From: Octopus bimaculoides
Lineage: Eukaryota
Length of the DNA stretch: 32,686 nucleotides
Direction of reading: 5' to 3'
Assembly: GCF_001194135.2 (NCBI RefSeq)
Contig: NC_069005.1
Span: 8,787,136 to 8,819,821, forward strand
Positions 21,660-32,686 of this stretch are shown here, piece by piece. Within the stretch, counting starts at the first letter, position 1. Each line of letters opens with the position of its first letter. The translations under genes were made by a program, and so were the position numbers. Below the pieces are notes generated by a model. That model was not told where the DNA came from and did no database searches. It worked only from the letters and a program-made list of their open reading frames with translations.

Positions 21660-21868
21660 TTAACCTTTTAGTATTCAGGTTACTCTGTCAAAAGTAATGT
21701 CACATTGTTTTGAATTGGTCATGCATTGTCTTGTAGCTTTAAGATAATCATGATGTGATTTTTTGGAACAGCATTATAAGGCATGTATGAGAGAAGATCA
21801 GGTTTGAACACAAAACCGGTAGATTATTTGGGCCAGAGATATGGCCAGTTTAAATGCAACTGCAATAA
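21660..21868. mobile_element. TTAA-bounded MITE-like element (family M), copy 3
   Basis: ttaaccttttagtattcaggttactctgtcaaa...gatatggccagtttaaatgc, homologous to copies 1 and 2. Confidence 0.72.
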
Positions 21869-22037
21869 GGTAGACCCTTTCTTTCAACAAAACATATTGC
21901 TTTGTGAAATATATTACTTATTTTGGGGCCACCCTGTGTGTGTGTATATATATATGTATGTATATGTAACTGCACATGGACTGTTAGCACTTTTTTTCCT
22001 GCTTTCTTCCTTTTCCTTTTGATTTTTCTATGTTTCC

Positions 22038-22074
22038 TGTTTCTGAAGAAGAGCTTTGCTTGAAATCTAAAACA
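22038..22074 (+). ncRNA. Minimal type-I hammerhead-like motif (core CUGAAGAA), decayed
   Basis: UGUUU-CUGAAGAA-GAGC(UUU)GCUU-GAAA-UC-UA-AAACA has the same geometry as 126-162, with a different but still pairing stem I. The ACGU palindrome is mutated. Confidence 0.58.
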
Positions 22075-22203
22075 ACCACTCTTTCTTTCTTTCTTTCTTT
22101 CTCTGAGAATCTTATTAATACTTTACATTTGCTATGTCCTCATGTTGTTCTTTTCTTGTTGTCTGTTTCTCCATTTTTAAAATTAATTATATATATATAT
22201 ATA

Positions 22204-22401
22204 TTTCGTGCGGGTGACATGTCAAAGCACCCACTACACCCTTTGAGTGGTTGGCATTAGGAAGGGCATCCAGCTGTAGAAACTCTGCCAAATTATACTG
22301 GAGCCTGGTGTAGCCATCCGGTTGCACCAGTCCTCAGTCAAATCGTCCAACCCATGCTAGCATGGAAAGCGGACGTTAAACGATGATGATGATGATGATG
22401 A
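22204..22401 (+). mobile_element. Family B retroposon, well preserved 3' portion
   Basis: aagcacccactacacc...ggaagggcatccagctgtagaaactctgcc...ccaacccatgctagcatggaaagcggacgttaaac(GAT)n. Confidence 0.9.
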
Positions 22402-22468
22402 TATATATATATATATATACACATACACAATATAATGATACATCTTAATAATATATACAGTTGTTATC

Positions 22469-22505
<37 letters not shown>

Positions 22506-23130
22506 GAATATACACATACATGCCCACNNNNNNNNNNNNNNNNNNNNNNNNNNNNNNNNNNNNNNNNNNNNNNNNNNNNNNNNNNNNNNNNNNNNNNNNN
22601 NNNNNNNNNNNNNNNNNNNNNNNNNNNNNNNNNNNNNNNNNNNNNNNNNNNNNNNNNNNNNNNNNNNNNNNNNNNNNNNNNNNNNNNNNNNNNNNNNNNN
22701 NNNNNNNNNNNNNNNNNNNNNNNNNNNNNNNNNNNNNNNNNNNNNNNNNNNNNNNNNNNNNNNNNNNNNNNNNNNNNNNNNNNNNNNNNNNNNNNNNNNN
22801 NNNNNNNNNNNNNNNNNNNNNNNNNNNNNNNNNNNNNNNNNNNNNNNNNNNNNNNNNNNNNNNNNNNNNNNNNNNNNNNNNNNNNNNNNNNNNNNNNNNN
22901 NNNNNNNNNNNNNNNNNNNNNNNNNNNNNNNTCTAGTGTGTGTGTGTGAGTGTGTGTGTGTGTGAGTGCTTTCGATTCATCTTTTCAAACACGTGTGCTC
23001 TTGGAAATACATATATATAACTGCCCAGCATTACAAAAAATATTTATACTCTACTTTTGTGTTGATATACATGCATACATCCAGTGTATGCATTATGTAT
23101 GTTTGTGTGTATGTGTGTGTATATATAAAA

Positions 23131-23162
<32 letters not shown>

Positions 23163-23428
23163 GAATATACACATACATGCCCACACACGCATATGTATGC
23201 ATGTACACATATGCAGATGTAATGAATAGTTGTATACATACACATACACATTTCTAAGCATTTGTGTGTGGATGTGTTACTTTGCGACACCATGTTGTAG
23301 CCATAAGCGAGTTACACATAATGTTTTATATCAGTCATCCTGATGGAAAGTAAGTGCCATACACTCTTCATGGATGAACAGTTAACTGCTGGAAAGGTGT
23401 CAGCCAGCTGGAAAATCAGTTTCCTCAC

Positions 23429-23463
23429 CTCCTAGCAATTCATCAGACAAATGTCCTAATTTC
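23429..23463 (-). CDS. Candidate 35-nt exon (or terminal coding exon to a stop at 23400), product unknown
   Basis: Strong acceptor ctctgtttttttttttcttttAG, donor GAG|GTGAGG. Only one frame is open: KLGHLSDELLG (read-through: ...GEETDFPAG*). Confidence 0.4.
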
Positions 23464-23567
23464 CTAAAAGAAAAAAAAAAACAGAGCGAGGAAATATAAA
23501 CAATGACAATGAATTTTTATGGAAGACTCTCATCCTACATAGACATCTACACACACACACACACACG

Positions 23568-23603
<36 letters not shown>

Positions 23604-23747
23604 TATAAAAGTACATGCACTTGTACATGCATGTGTGGTTGATACTTGTTAAATGTATGTGTGTGTGTCTGTGTATTGTAATGTGTTGGAATGCATGTAT
23701 GCACATCTATGTTTATATATTTGCATATCTATATATATGTGTGTGTC

Positions 23748-23778
<31 letters not shown>

Positions 23779-23974
23779 ATACGTATATACACATAAATAA
23801 ACAGAGTATATTTCTGTGTTTTATACTGGTATGCATGTGTATCCTTTTCTCCCTGTCTCTGTGCGTGCACACACACAAACACATACGCACACATTGAGTG
23901 CAGGAACAGAAAGCCAAAGGAAAAAGACGAGGCAAACATGTTTGTGTGAGTGTGTGTGTGCTTCTATGTGTGTT

Positions 23975-24029
<55 letters not shown>

Positions 24030-24136
24030 NNNNNNNNNNNNNNNNNNNNNNNNNNNNNNNNNNNNNNNNNNNNNNNNNNNNNNNNNNNNNNNNNNNNNNN
24101 NNNNNNNNNNNNNNNNNNNNNNNNNATGTATCTGTG

Positions 24137-24180
<44 letters not shown>

Positions 24181-24336
24181 TACATGCATAAATACACATG
24201 TATGTGTCTGTATGTGATGAATTTTTAGTCATTCAAGTCAAAACAAATTTGCAACAATGCTCTTCATACTTGGATCATATCACCAACTTCTATAGTTATT
24301 TCAACCTCAATATCTGTTATTATTTACGTGTGTGTG

Positions 24337-24387
<51 letters not shown>

Positions 24388-24671
24388 ACACACATGTTTG
24401 TCTTATCTTTTCCCTTTCTCTTTCTGTTTCTACACCCATTTACAGAGCTTCGTTTTGCCTTTGTCAATGAGATATATAGCTAGTGGTTGTTGCTGTTGTT
24501 GTTAGGGTGATGGAAGTGATGATGGGGGATGATAAAGGATTCACATCACTGCATTCTTTGGTACTGTTCTGCACCATTTCTATGGCTAAGAGCCTTCACT
24601 CTTGGAATTCCTATTTATTCCTTGTCCGCTATTATTTCTAAATAACTGCTATGGTATAATCACATATTTAC

Positions 24672-24760
24672 ATGAAGCTATAATCTTCTTTCTCAGCAGT
24701 GTTTTGTAATTTGCATAATTAATGAATGCTAATGTCAGACAAATGTTTAAGCAAGTGACT
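24672..24760 (-). other. Candidate 89-nt exon (possibly 5' UTR)
   Basis: Long polypyrimidine acceptor ...ttttggttttgtttctcacAG and donor CAT|GTAAAT. It ends in AT, which would form ATG with the first G of the 23463 exon. Confidence 0.28.
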
Positions 24761-24971
24761 CTGTGAGAAACAAAACCAAAAAAAAAAGAAGACAAAGAAA
24801 AGAAACTGTCTTAGAATTTAAAACTCTTTCTTTATTATTTGTCAAGCTATTAAAATTCTTTTTTCTGTAATGTTTTATCCAAAAGAAAAGGGCTGCAGGC
24901 TCTCCAAGATAGGTGACTTTAAAATTTATTTTTTTAAGGGATTCAAAATAAAGATTTACAGGATCTGAAAC

Positions 24972-25194
24972 TAATATTGGTTTCGAATTTTGACAGAAGG
25001 CCAGCAATTTTGGGGGAAGGCAATGAGTTGATTACATCAATCCCAGTACTCTACTGGTACTTTAGTTTATGACCCCCAAAAGGAATGAAACCAAAGTCAA
25101 CCCAGCAGCATTTGAACTCAGAGCATAAAGATGGATGAGATGCTGCTAAGCATTTTGCCTGGCATGCTAATGATTCTGCCATCGTGTTGCCTTA
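24972..25194 (-). mobile_element. Family C SINE
   Basis: Reverse-complement homologue of 9578-9812. Confidence 0.82.
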
Positions 25195-25796
25195 TCGGAA
25201 GTTAATATTAGCAGTTGTCAAGCACACAAATTCTACGTTCCATACCAAAGATAAGCCAGAAAAAAATGAGTGTAAAAGAAATCAATGGAATTTTTCACAA
25301 CCTCATGAACGTAGTTTATGAGATGGTTGTGATCTGTAAACCGTTATGTGTGTGAACCAGATGAAGAAGAATGAACTTGCAATGTGCATGTGTACACTGA
25401 ATTTGTAAAATGGAAGAAAAGAATAAAAATGCCTGACACCACTATTATGCAGCTTTGCTGCAATTTTTTTGTTGTCCTCTCCCTCATCATTAACCACAAG
25501 ACATAATAAATGACTGCTCCTCTGGATCAGAGTAGCCCTGGGAATAACAGTGGCTAAGGGGTTGTTTCACATACCTCAAAATCCTGAATGTCCCAAATTG
25601 GGGCCCCACTACTAAGTCTACTTATCCTTAACATCTGTACTTATTTTTAATTATTCTATTATTGTTTAGTTCTATGATATTAATCAATTCATTAATCAAT
25701 TCATTCATGTGCTGTTATGCAAATTAGACAGATTAGTTCACTTGTATCGAATTTTGTACTGAAATATCTATATACTCTCAGTGGATAGGAATGAGA

Positions 25797-25847
25797 AACT
25801 GATCTCTGATGAGGCATTGGTAGATACAGAAACCAGCCAGATTAGTT
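25797..25847 (+). ncRNA. Type-I hammerhead-like motif with canonical CUGAUGAG core, decayed
   Basis: AACUGAUCU-CUGAUGA-G GCAU(UGGUAG)AUAC A-GAAAC-CAGCC-AGAUUAGUU: 9-bp stem I (one G-U). Stem II has two mismatches. GAAACCAGCC is two substitutions from GAAACCGGUC. Confidence 0.6.
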
Positions 25848-26360
25848 GGTTTTTTTTTCTTCAGTTACAGAGAAACCATCGTGATTTAACCATGGGGTAC
25901 ACATTGCAAAACATGGTTATATGTGTGTATGATATAAAGAAAAAAAAAAACCCAAATACTCCTAAATTCGCTGTATGTTTTTACTTACTACTTTTGTAAT
26001 TTTCTGTGGATTGAACAATGATAAAGAGGTATAGTTATACATATGCACACACTCACACGTGTGTGTGTGTGAATGTGTATACATACATACATATACACAC
26101 ATATACATACATACACACATATACGTACACATAGAAATACACACACAGATACACACATGCACAGAAATATATACTGTATATATAAAATACATACATAGAT
26201 TACACAAACACATGCGTACTCACTCTTAGAGATAGATAGATATTAAAGCAGGAACTTCAGATTTCCTGATTCTGAATTTTAGCCACATTTATTATTTTCC
26301 TTTTTTGTTTACCGTGAAGTGTTTATATTCAAATTTTCACCATGTGTGCATTTATATGCG

Positions 26361-26455
<95 letters not shown>

Positions 26456-26819
26456 GCGCACACACATTTTCATGTGCGAATGTGTTAGAAAACTCAAACT
26501 TGCTGCTCAAAGGAAAACAGAATGTAGATAGAAAGTTTGAAATCAAGATTAAGACTACCACTCCCAACAACAGCACCAACAACATCTATAACAACAGCAG
26601 CAGTTTCAAAACATTTGTAGATTATTTTTTAAAGGTTTTTACTTGGTGGTTGCAGTTGGCTAGGGGCAGGGGGCTGCTTATTCACTCCCCTCTCTTTCAC
26701 CTCCACCCCACACTCTTTCTTGCCTCCTGTTGTTGTTGCAAAATCTCGCACCATTCACATAAATTTTTCCTTGTAACTTATGAAAATTTTCTTTCTCATT
26801 TATACTTTATTATTCACCG

Positions 26820-27128
26820 CTGTTGTTGTTGTCGTTGTTGTTGTCATCGTCCGTTGTCGTCATCGTCGTCGCCGTCGTCGTTGCTTTTCTTTCTTTTCAT
26901 GTCTTCGACTGGAGACTTGATTCTGAACTCGTTCAGTTTACCGCAACCGTTCTTAGTATCCTGCATCAATGGAGAGCTGGAAAGTGTCTTTTCAGAAAGG
27001 ATAATCAAATTTACATTTGAATTATTTGAACAGACAGCAACTTTATTCATCATTGTCTTCATCATTGCTGTCATCATCACCGTCATTATCACTATCACCA
27101 CCAACAACATTGTCACAATCATCATCAT

Positions 27129-27160
<32 letters not shown>

Positions 27161-27297
27161 ACATCATCATCATCACCACCCACATCATATTTTATTTTCA
27201 GAATTATTATTTCTACTTCTGTTGTTATTGTTATTAACATTTTTGTTATCATGTCACTATTATTATCATTATATAGTTTTATTGTAACTAATTTATT

Positions 27298-27338
<41 letters not shown>

Positions 27339-27560
27339 TTATTATTATTATTCTTATTCTTATTATTATTATTATTATTGTTATTGTTGTCTTTTATTAT
27401 AATTATTATTTATTATTATTACCATCATCATAATCATCATTTTATTATGGTTTTATTATTATTATTTTGTCATTATTTATACTATTTTCTGTTATCATTA
27501 TTATTATTATTGACATCACCCTCTTACTTGCTGTAAATCATCCACTATTTCCATTTGTTG

Positions 27561-27601
<41 letters not shown>

Positions 27602-27738
27602 TTTTTTGAATTTAGCTGTTATACTGCCCCCAACATCTTGGGCTCTAGTGGCCAATAAAAGAAATCCTTATTATATTTTAAAACTTATTATTATTGTTAT
27701 TATTATTGTTGTTATTATTATTATTACTATTATTATTA

Positions 27739-27787
<49 letters not shown>

Positions 27788-27815
27788 TACTACTATTGGT
27801 GGTGGTGGCGATGGT
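26820..27815. repeat. (GTT/GTC/CAT/TAT)n trinucleotide low-complexity field
   Basis: Directly visible, interrupted by short complex segments. Confidence 0.88.
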
Positions 27816-28139
27816 AGCGTTATTTTCATTTTTTTGTTTTCAATTCATTTCATTTCATTATCAGGCCCAGTGGTTCCCAACTAATTTTACTCCACCTCCA
27901 CTCCACTCTACTCCCTCTTCACTCCTCACCTCCCGTTCTAGATTGCAGACAAAATGCTACTTTATTACCAACAGTGCTGCAATATTTGTGGTACAATTTT
28001 CAGCTTGCCAGGTTTTAGTTTTTGCCTTCATTCAAATAATAATGTTATGTGTGTGTTTGTGTGCTTAGTGTGTGTGTGTGTGTGGGTGTCTGTTTGTGTC
28101 TTTTATATAGATTCATATATATTATCAGCATTATTTTAA

Positions 28140-28265
28140 TGCCCACCTCTCCTTGCTTGCACAGGTGGGTTGTAGTTTGTTGAGATAAATTTTCTATGGC
28201 TGCTTACCCTTCCTGTCACCAACCCTTACCTGTTTCCAAGTAAGATGATATTTCCTCATGGCTAG
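28140..28265 (-). mobile_element. Fragment of the composite-SINE tail seen at 8340-8400
   Basis: Minus strand cttacttggaaacaggtaagggttggtgacaggaagggtaagcagccatagaaaat versus 8343 cttgcttggaaacaggtgagaattagtgacaagaagggcatcccaccatagaaaat. Confidence 0.65.
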
Positions 28266-28277
28266 ATGATATTTCCA

Positions 28278-28622
28278 CATCATTGTCTTCAACATCATCA
28301 CCATCATCATCACTTCGTCTTTGTCCTTTTCATCATCATCATCATCATCATCATGATCATGATCATTGTCATTATCATCATCATCAGTGTCATCATCATT
28401 GTCCTCCCCCTCCTCATTGTCATCATCATCTTCATTATCATTGTCCTCCTCATTGTCATCACCACTGTCATCATCATCGTCATCATTGCCTTCAACATCA
28501 TCACCATCATCATCACTTCATTTTTGTCCTTCTCATCATCGTCATCATTCTCTTCAACATCATTGCCATCATCATCATCCTCATCTTCAACTTCTTCATT
28601 AGCTCGATCTTCATCTTCACCT
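28278..28622. repeat. Degenerate (CAT)n block with an internal ~60-bp direct repeat
   Basis: cattgtcttcaacatcatcaccatcatcatcacttc...tttgtcctt occurs at about 28281 and 28484. Confidence 0.85.
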
Positions 28623-29428
28623 TACTGTTGCAGTCGCTGTTGCAATGTTTCAAATTATTCTCCTCCCTGACAGCCGTTCTCTGGTAGCACCATATTCACT
28701 TGTCAAATCTGTGAAATATTGTTTCCCTACAACTACACTATTAAACAATCTCGATCATGGAAAAGGAAATGATTTCTTGTTTTCCAAAAAAAAAAAGAAG
28801 AAAAATGGAAAACAGAAGGTAAATGAACAGTAATAATAAAATATCAAAAACAAATAAATGCAAAAACCTTTTTTTTGCTCAAAATTATTAATTAAAACCT
28901 ATTTCATTTCATTTCTCTCTTCTTATTTGTATTGTCTGTAAATTTAAACATGATTTTAGTGATCACAGTTTTTTTTAATCACTTGTTTATTTTTTTTTCA
29001 TTTATTTAGGAACAAGCGTTCATTGTTTTGCCTTCGTGTGTGTATGAGTTATTTAATTTGTTTGCTTTTGGTATTGTGATAGGCAAACAATAGTGTTCTT
29101 GGTTACAGGATTCCAAACTGATAATCTTAAGTGTACTTCATTTCTGGTGACTAGAGTGACAGGGGAGTGAGTGTCTGTGATGCATTGCTGAACAAATATT
29201 GTCAGGGACATTTTTTTTTTTAAATGCACCAGATTTTCACTTCTCTTACTGATGTTTGCTCTCTTCACTGGTGTACATTAGCAAAATTTAGACAGGAGCA
29301 TTTAAATATGTGTATACATAGGTATTTGTGTATGAGTGAGTGAGTATGTGTTTGTGTGTTTGTATGTGTGTGTATATATTTATATATACATATATATGTA
29401 TATACATATAGGTGTGACTGTGTAGTAG

Positions 29429-29816
29429 GTGTCTTCTACTATATCCACGAGCCAAACAAAGCCTTCTAAGTGGATTTGGAAGACAGAAACTGAAAGAATC
29501 CTGTCCTATATATATGTGTGTGTGTGGGTGATTGTGGTGTGTGCATGCGTGTGCCCTCATCACCACTTAAAAACTGGTGTTGGTTTGATTATGTTCCCGT
29601 ATTTAGCAGTTCATCAAAAGAGACCAACAGAATAAGTGTTAGGCTTAAAAAATAAGTCCTGGGGTCGATTTGTTAAGCTAAAACCCTTCAAGATGGTGTA
29701 CCAGCATGGCCATGGTCAAATGACTGAAACACCATAAAGATAAAAGATATAGGTGCAGGTGTAGCTGTGTGGTTAAGGAGCTTGTTTCTCAACCACGTGG
29801 TCTTGGGTTCAGTCTC

Positions 29817-29850
<34 letters not shown>

Positions 29851-29894
29851 TAATATGACTTATCCAAGGTGGATGGTGTCAGCACACAGTGGAA
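29429..29894 (+). mobile_element. Rearranged family A SINE: body+tail, then head, then an inverted linker segment
   Basis: Body/tail 29429-29749, head 29750-29817, (TAA)n 29818-29855, inverted piece 29857-29894. Confidence 0.75.
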
Positions 29895-31090
29895 TACATA
29901 CAATTCAGAACCATAACACTACCAAGCATACTCATTAACCATTAAGCTATGTCTATATTTTTCATTTTGTTTTTCCATATCAATTTTTAAAAAACACCCA
30001 CTTATTGTTTATCCATGTGTGCATGTGTGTGTGTGTTATTTTGTATGTGTATGTTGGTGAATACATGTGTGTGTGTGTGTGTGGATTTATAATTTTAGTA
30101 ATATATATGCAAAGTAGAAATGAACAACTCCTGATTTTATGCATTTGTAAAAAAAAAAAATAAAACCCACCACTGTCACTGATGCCACATTTACCATTAT
30201 CTAAATAGATATGTACATATTTTTTTCTGTGGGTATTAAATGTCTTTGTGCACTTTGTGTGTGTGTGTGTGTGTGTATATGTATGGTTAAGTATAAATGT
30301 GTATGCATACAAATATGTGAGTGAATTTGTTTGGAAATAGTTATGTGTACACACACATTCATCAGTGTGTATGTATGTGTGGCAACTTGAAAGAAAGTGA
30401 GATGTTAAAAGATGATACACACACACGTGTGGGTGCATGGATATGTTTGAGTATATATTTGTATGTTTATTCACATACATATATCTGTACAAATATAACA
30501 CACACACACACACACACACACCCACATACATGTATAGGCTGTTATTTAACTTAAGTAAGAAGTTTTCATCAAATTTTGCTGGCTGAAAAAGTTTTTTTTT
30601 TTTTAAGAAAAAAAGAACAATAAAAAAGCCAAAAATTCAAATTTCATATTTATACTCTATATTTAAAACAAACAAACGAAATAAAACAAAAAATTTCTTT
30701 TCAGTATGTTTTCTCTTTTACACATTTGCCTTCAAGATAGAATTCTGTCTTTCAAATAAGAGAAACAATGTACTTGTACTTCCTGAGGTGCTCAGATGAA
30801 CGCCTTCTAAAAGAGACCATATAAGAAGTACCATTGTTGGTGGCATTAACTCATATCCAAGTTGTTAGTCTGTAGTGAGTGATTGAGCCTCTTTGTTCTG
30901 ATGGGTGCAAATGGTGTACACTGGTGCCAGAGGTGGATGCTCAGGCCGAGGGTGGTATAGAAGAGCCTGTTTGATTGCTTGGATCAACTGGATCCCTCAC
31001 CATTGTAACCGACGGAGTGCCAGTTGTACATTTATTCAAGGTAATGTTACCAAAGTGAATAGAAAATAGAGCAAAAGAACTGGGGGTGGA

Positions 31091-31445
31091 TTAACCCTTT
31101 TGTTACCATATTTCTGTTGAAACACATTGGCTTTGTTTCAATTAATTTTGAAAACAATGAAGAATTTAGTAGCATAACTTTATTGCTATTAAGCTGGTGT
31201 ACAAAAAATTAATTAACATGAAATTTTAATTGAAGGTTCTAATTTAGATCGCTTTAACCCTTTTGTTACTTTACTTGAAACACGATGCCTTTGTTTTAAT
31301 TAATTTTGAAAATAAGGAAGGGTTTACTAAAATAACTCCGACATTACTGTATTAAGATGGTGTTTTGAAGAAAGAGTTTAATTTAAATCAATTTAACTCT
31401 TTCTTTACTGCAATTTCTGTTGAAATTCACTACTTTGTTTCAATA
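31091..31445. repeat. Head-to-tail array of 2.3 copies of a ~165-bp TTAACCCTTT-starting repeat
   Basis: Units start at 31091, 31254 and 31393 (ttaacccttttgttac, ttaacccttttgttac, ttaactctttctttac) and share ctttgtttcaattaattttgaaaa. Confidence 0.85.
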
Positions 31446-31484
31446 CATACATTCTTAGCACATAGCCATGCATTTGACCTCATA

Positions 31485-31746
31485 ACATGAAACTGGAAGA
31501 AATGCTGCGAAGCATTTTGTCCAATGCAGTAACTATTCTTTCAGCTCATCACCTTAATAGTAATGGTTTCATATTTTAGCACAATGCCAGCAATTTCAAG
31601 CGGGGTACTAAGTTGCTTACATCAACCCCAGTGCTCGATTGGTACTCATTTCATTGACTCCAACAGATTAAAAGGAAAAAGTTGACCCTGGCGGCATTTG
31701 AACCCAGAATGTCAAGTTGAAATACTGATTCTATTGGCTCACTGCC

Positions 31747-31778
<32 letters not shown>

Positions 31779-31943
31779 TATTATAATAATGATAGTTTCA
31801 AATTTTGGCACCAGGCCACCAATTTCAGGGGAGGGAAAAGGTTGATTACGTTAACCCCAGTACTCTACTGGTACCTATTTTATTGACATTGAGAGGATGA
31901 AAGGCAAAGTCAACCTTGGTGGAATGCTAGCTTACCACCTTAA
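31485..31943 (-). mobile_element. Tandem chain of three family C SINE pieces separated by (TAA)n
   Basis: Pieces at about 31485-31556, 31558-31748 and 31790-31943, all on the minus strand. Each ends on the plus strand in caccttaata/gccttaata (the SINE head). Confidence 0.8.
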
Positions 31944-32484
31944 TAATAATAATAATAGTGGTTTCAAATTATTTCTTGTTCATGTTATATACATATATAT
32001 ATATATATATAATGATGATAATAATAGATGATATTAAACATTGAATATATAGAAAATATATAAATATTTGTGAGTTATATACATATATGTATGTGTTTGT
32101 ATTGTTAAAAAAATGGATGTCAAATACAGAGGATATGTATAGTGAATTGTATGAATAAAGTATAGATACAATGAATGCAATATATATTCATTTTTCATTT
32201 TAAATTGTAAGATTTGAAGAAGAGTTGGGGACAAAAATATAAATAAATCAATTCGTTAAATGAAATTTACATATATTTTTTCATTTTTTTTTAGTTGTTT
32301 GTGGCTATTTTTTCTTTTTTTTTTGCCTCCCTTGTTCGCTTACTTTTGCCTATTGTATTTTGAGGAACAACAATCCAGAGCTGTTTTCATTCTGTTATTA
32401 GGAACTTGAGATTGCTGTGCGATAACTTCTGTTTGTTAGATATTGTTCACATTGTTGATTCTTGTAAACCCTTGAGAGAGACAA

Positions 32485-32497
32485 AGTGAGAGAGAGG

Positions 32498-32536
<39 letters not shown>
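32485..32536. repeat. (GA)n microsatellite
   Basis: Directly visible. Confidence 0.95.
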
Positions 32537-32538
<2 letters not shown>

Positions 32539-32686
32539 AAAAAAACAGATGGGAGTAGAGAAAAAGAGAGTGAGAGAAGGATAAGGATTGAAGTAGTGCA
32601 GCAGAGATGGATGAGAAAATGGATAGAAGGATGATTATAATGGTATATGTGAGTGTGGGTCCATGTGTGTGTGTGTGTGTGTGCGA

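Noticed and set aside
22481-23184. Repeat of (TA)n-aaaatgaatatacacatacatgcccac before and after a gap
   Set aside because: Contig-end duplication typical of short-read scaffolds.
25296-25331. Bulged 15-bp hairpin
   Set aside because: Isolated, with no family or motif context.
26305-27237. 310-aa open reading frame
   Set aside because: Built largely from (CA)n, (TGT)n and (CAT)n tracts that lack stops. No domain is recognisable.
28266-28687. Apparent Asp/Glu-rich or His-rich coding region
   Set aside because: Degenerate (GAT)n repeat. The acidic frame shifts and is preceded by a stop.
29109-29166. Plus-strand 58-nt exon candidate (FQTDNLKCTSFLVTRVTG)
   Set aside because: One open frame and plausible sites, but no recognisable motif or compatible neighbours. 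Expected by chance in this much sequence.
1827-32234. Remaining ORF-track entries (poly-HT, YI, CV, L, K, S, X)
   Set aside because: Microsatellite and N-gap read-throughs.

Overview
AT-rich eukaryotic draft-assembly sequence with nine N-gaps (about 1943-2589, 2791-2800, 5728-6344, 8595-8604, 10812-10940, 15203-15380, 17900-18198, 22528-22931, 24030-24125). It is dominated by microsatellites and interspersed repeats. The repeat families look like those of Octopus/cephalopod genomes (recognised from memory, not from a search). There is no intact long CDS, and almost all ORF-track entries are microsatellite read-throughs. Supported features: three different Tc1/mariner-superfamily remnants (a DD34D mariner pseudogene, a long-TIR DD41D rosa-type deletion derivative, and a maT-like transposase fragment enclosed by unrelated 15-bp-unit inverted arms); many copies of three SINE-like families; TTAA-bounded MITEs; an RTE LINE remnant; a Helentron/DINE-like 5' hairpin; and a 327-bp foldback. 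The best hidden signal is a set of four minimal type-I hammerhead-ribozyme-like motifs of the Penelope-like-element kind. There are also several minus-strand exon candidates that splice in phase, but their frame and identity are unresolved.
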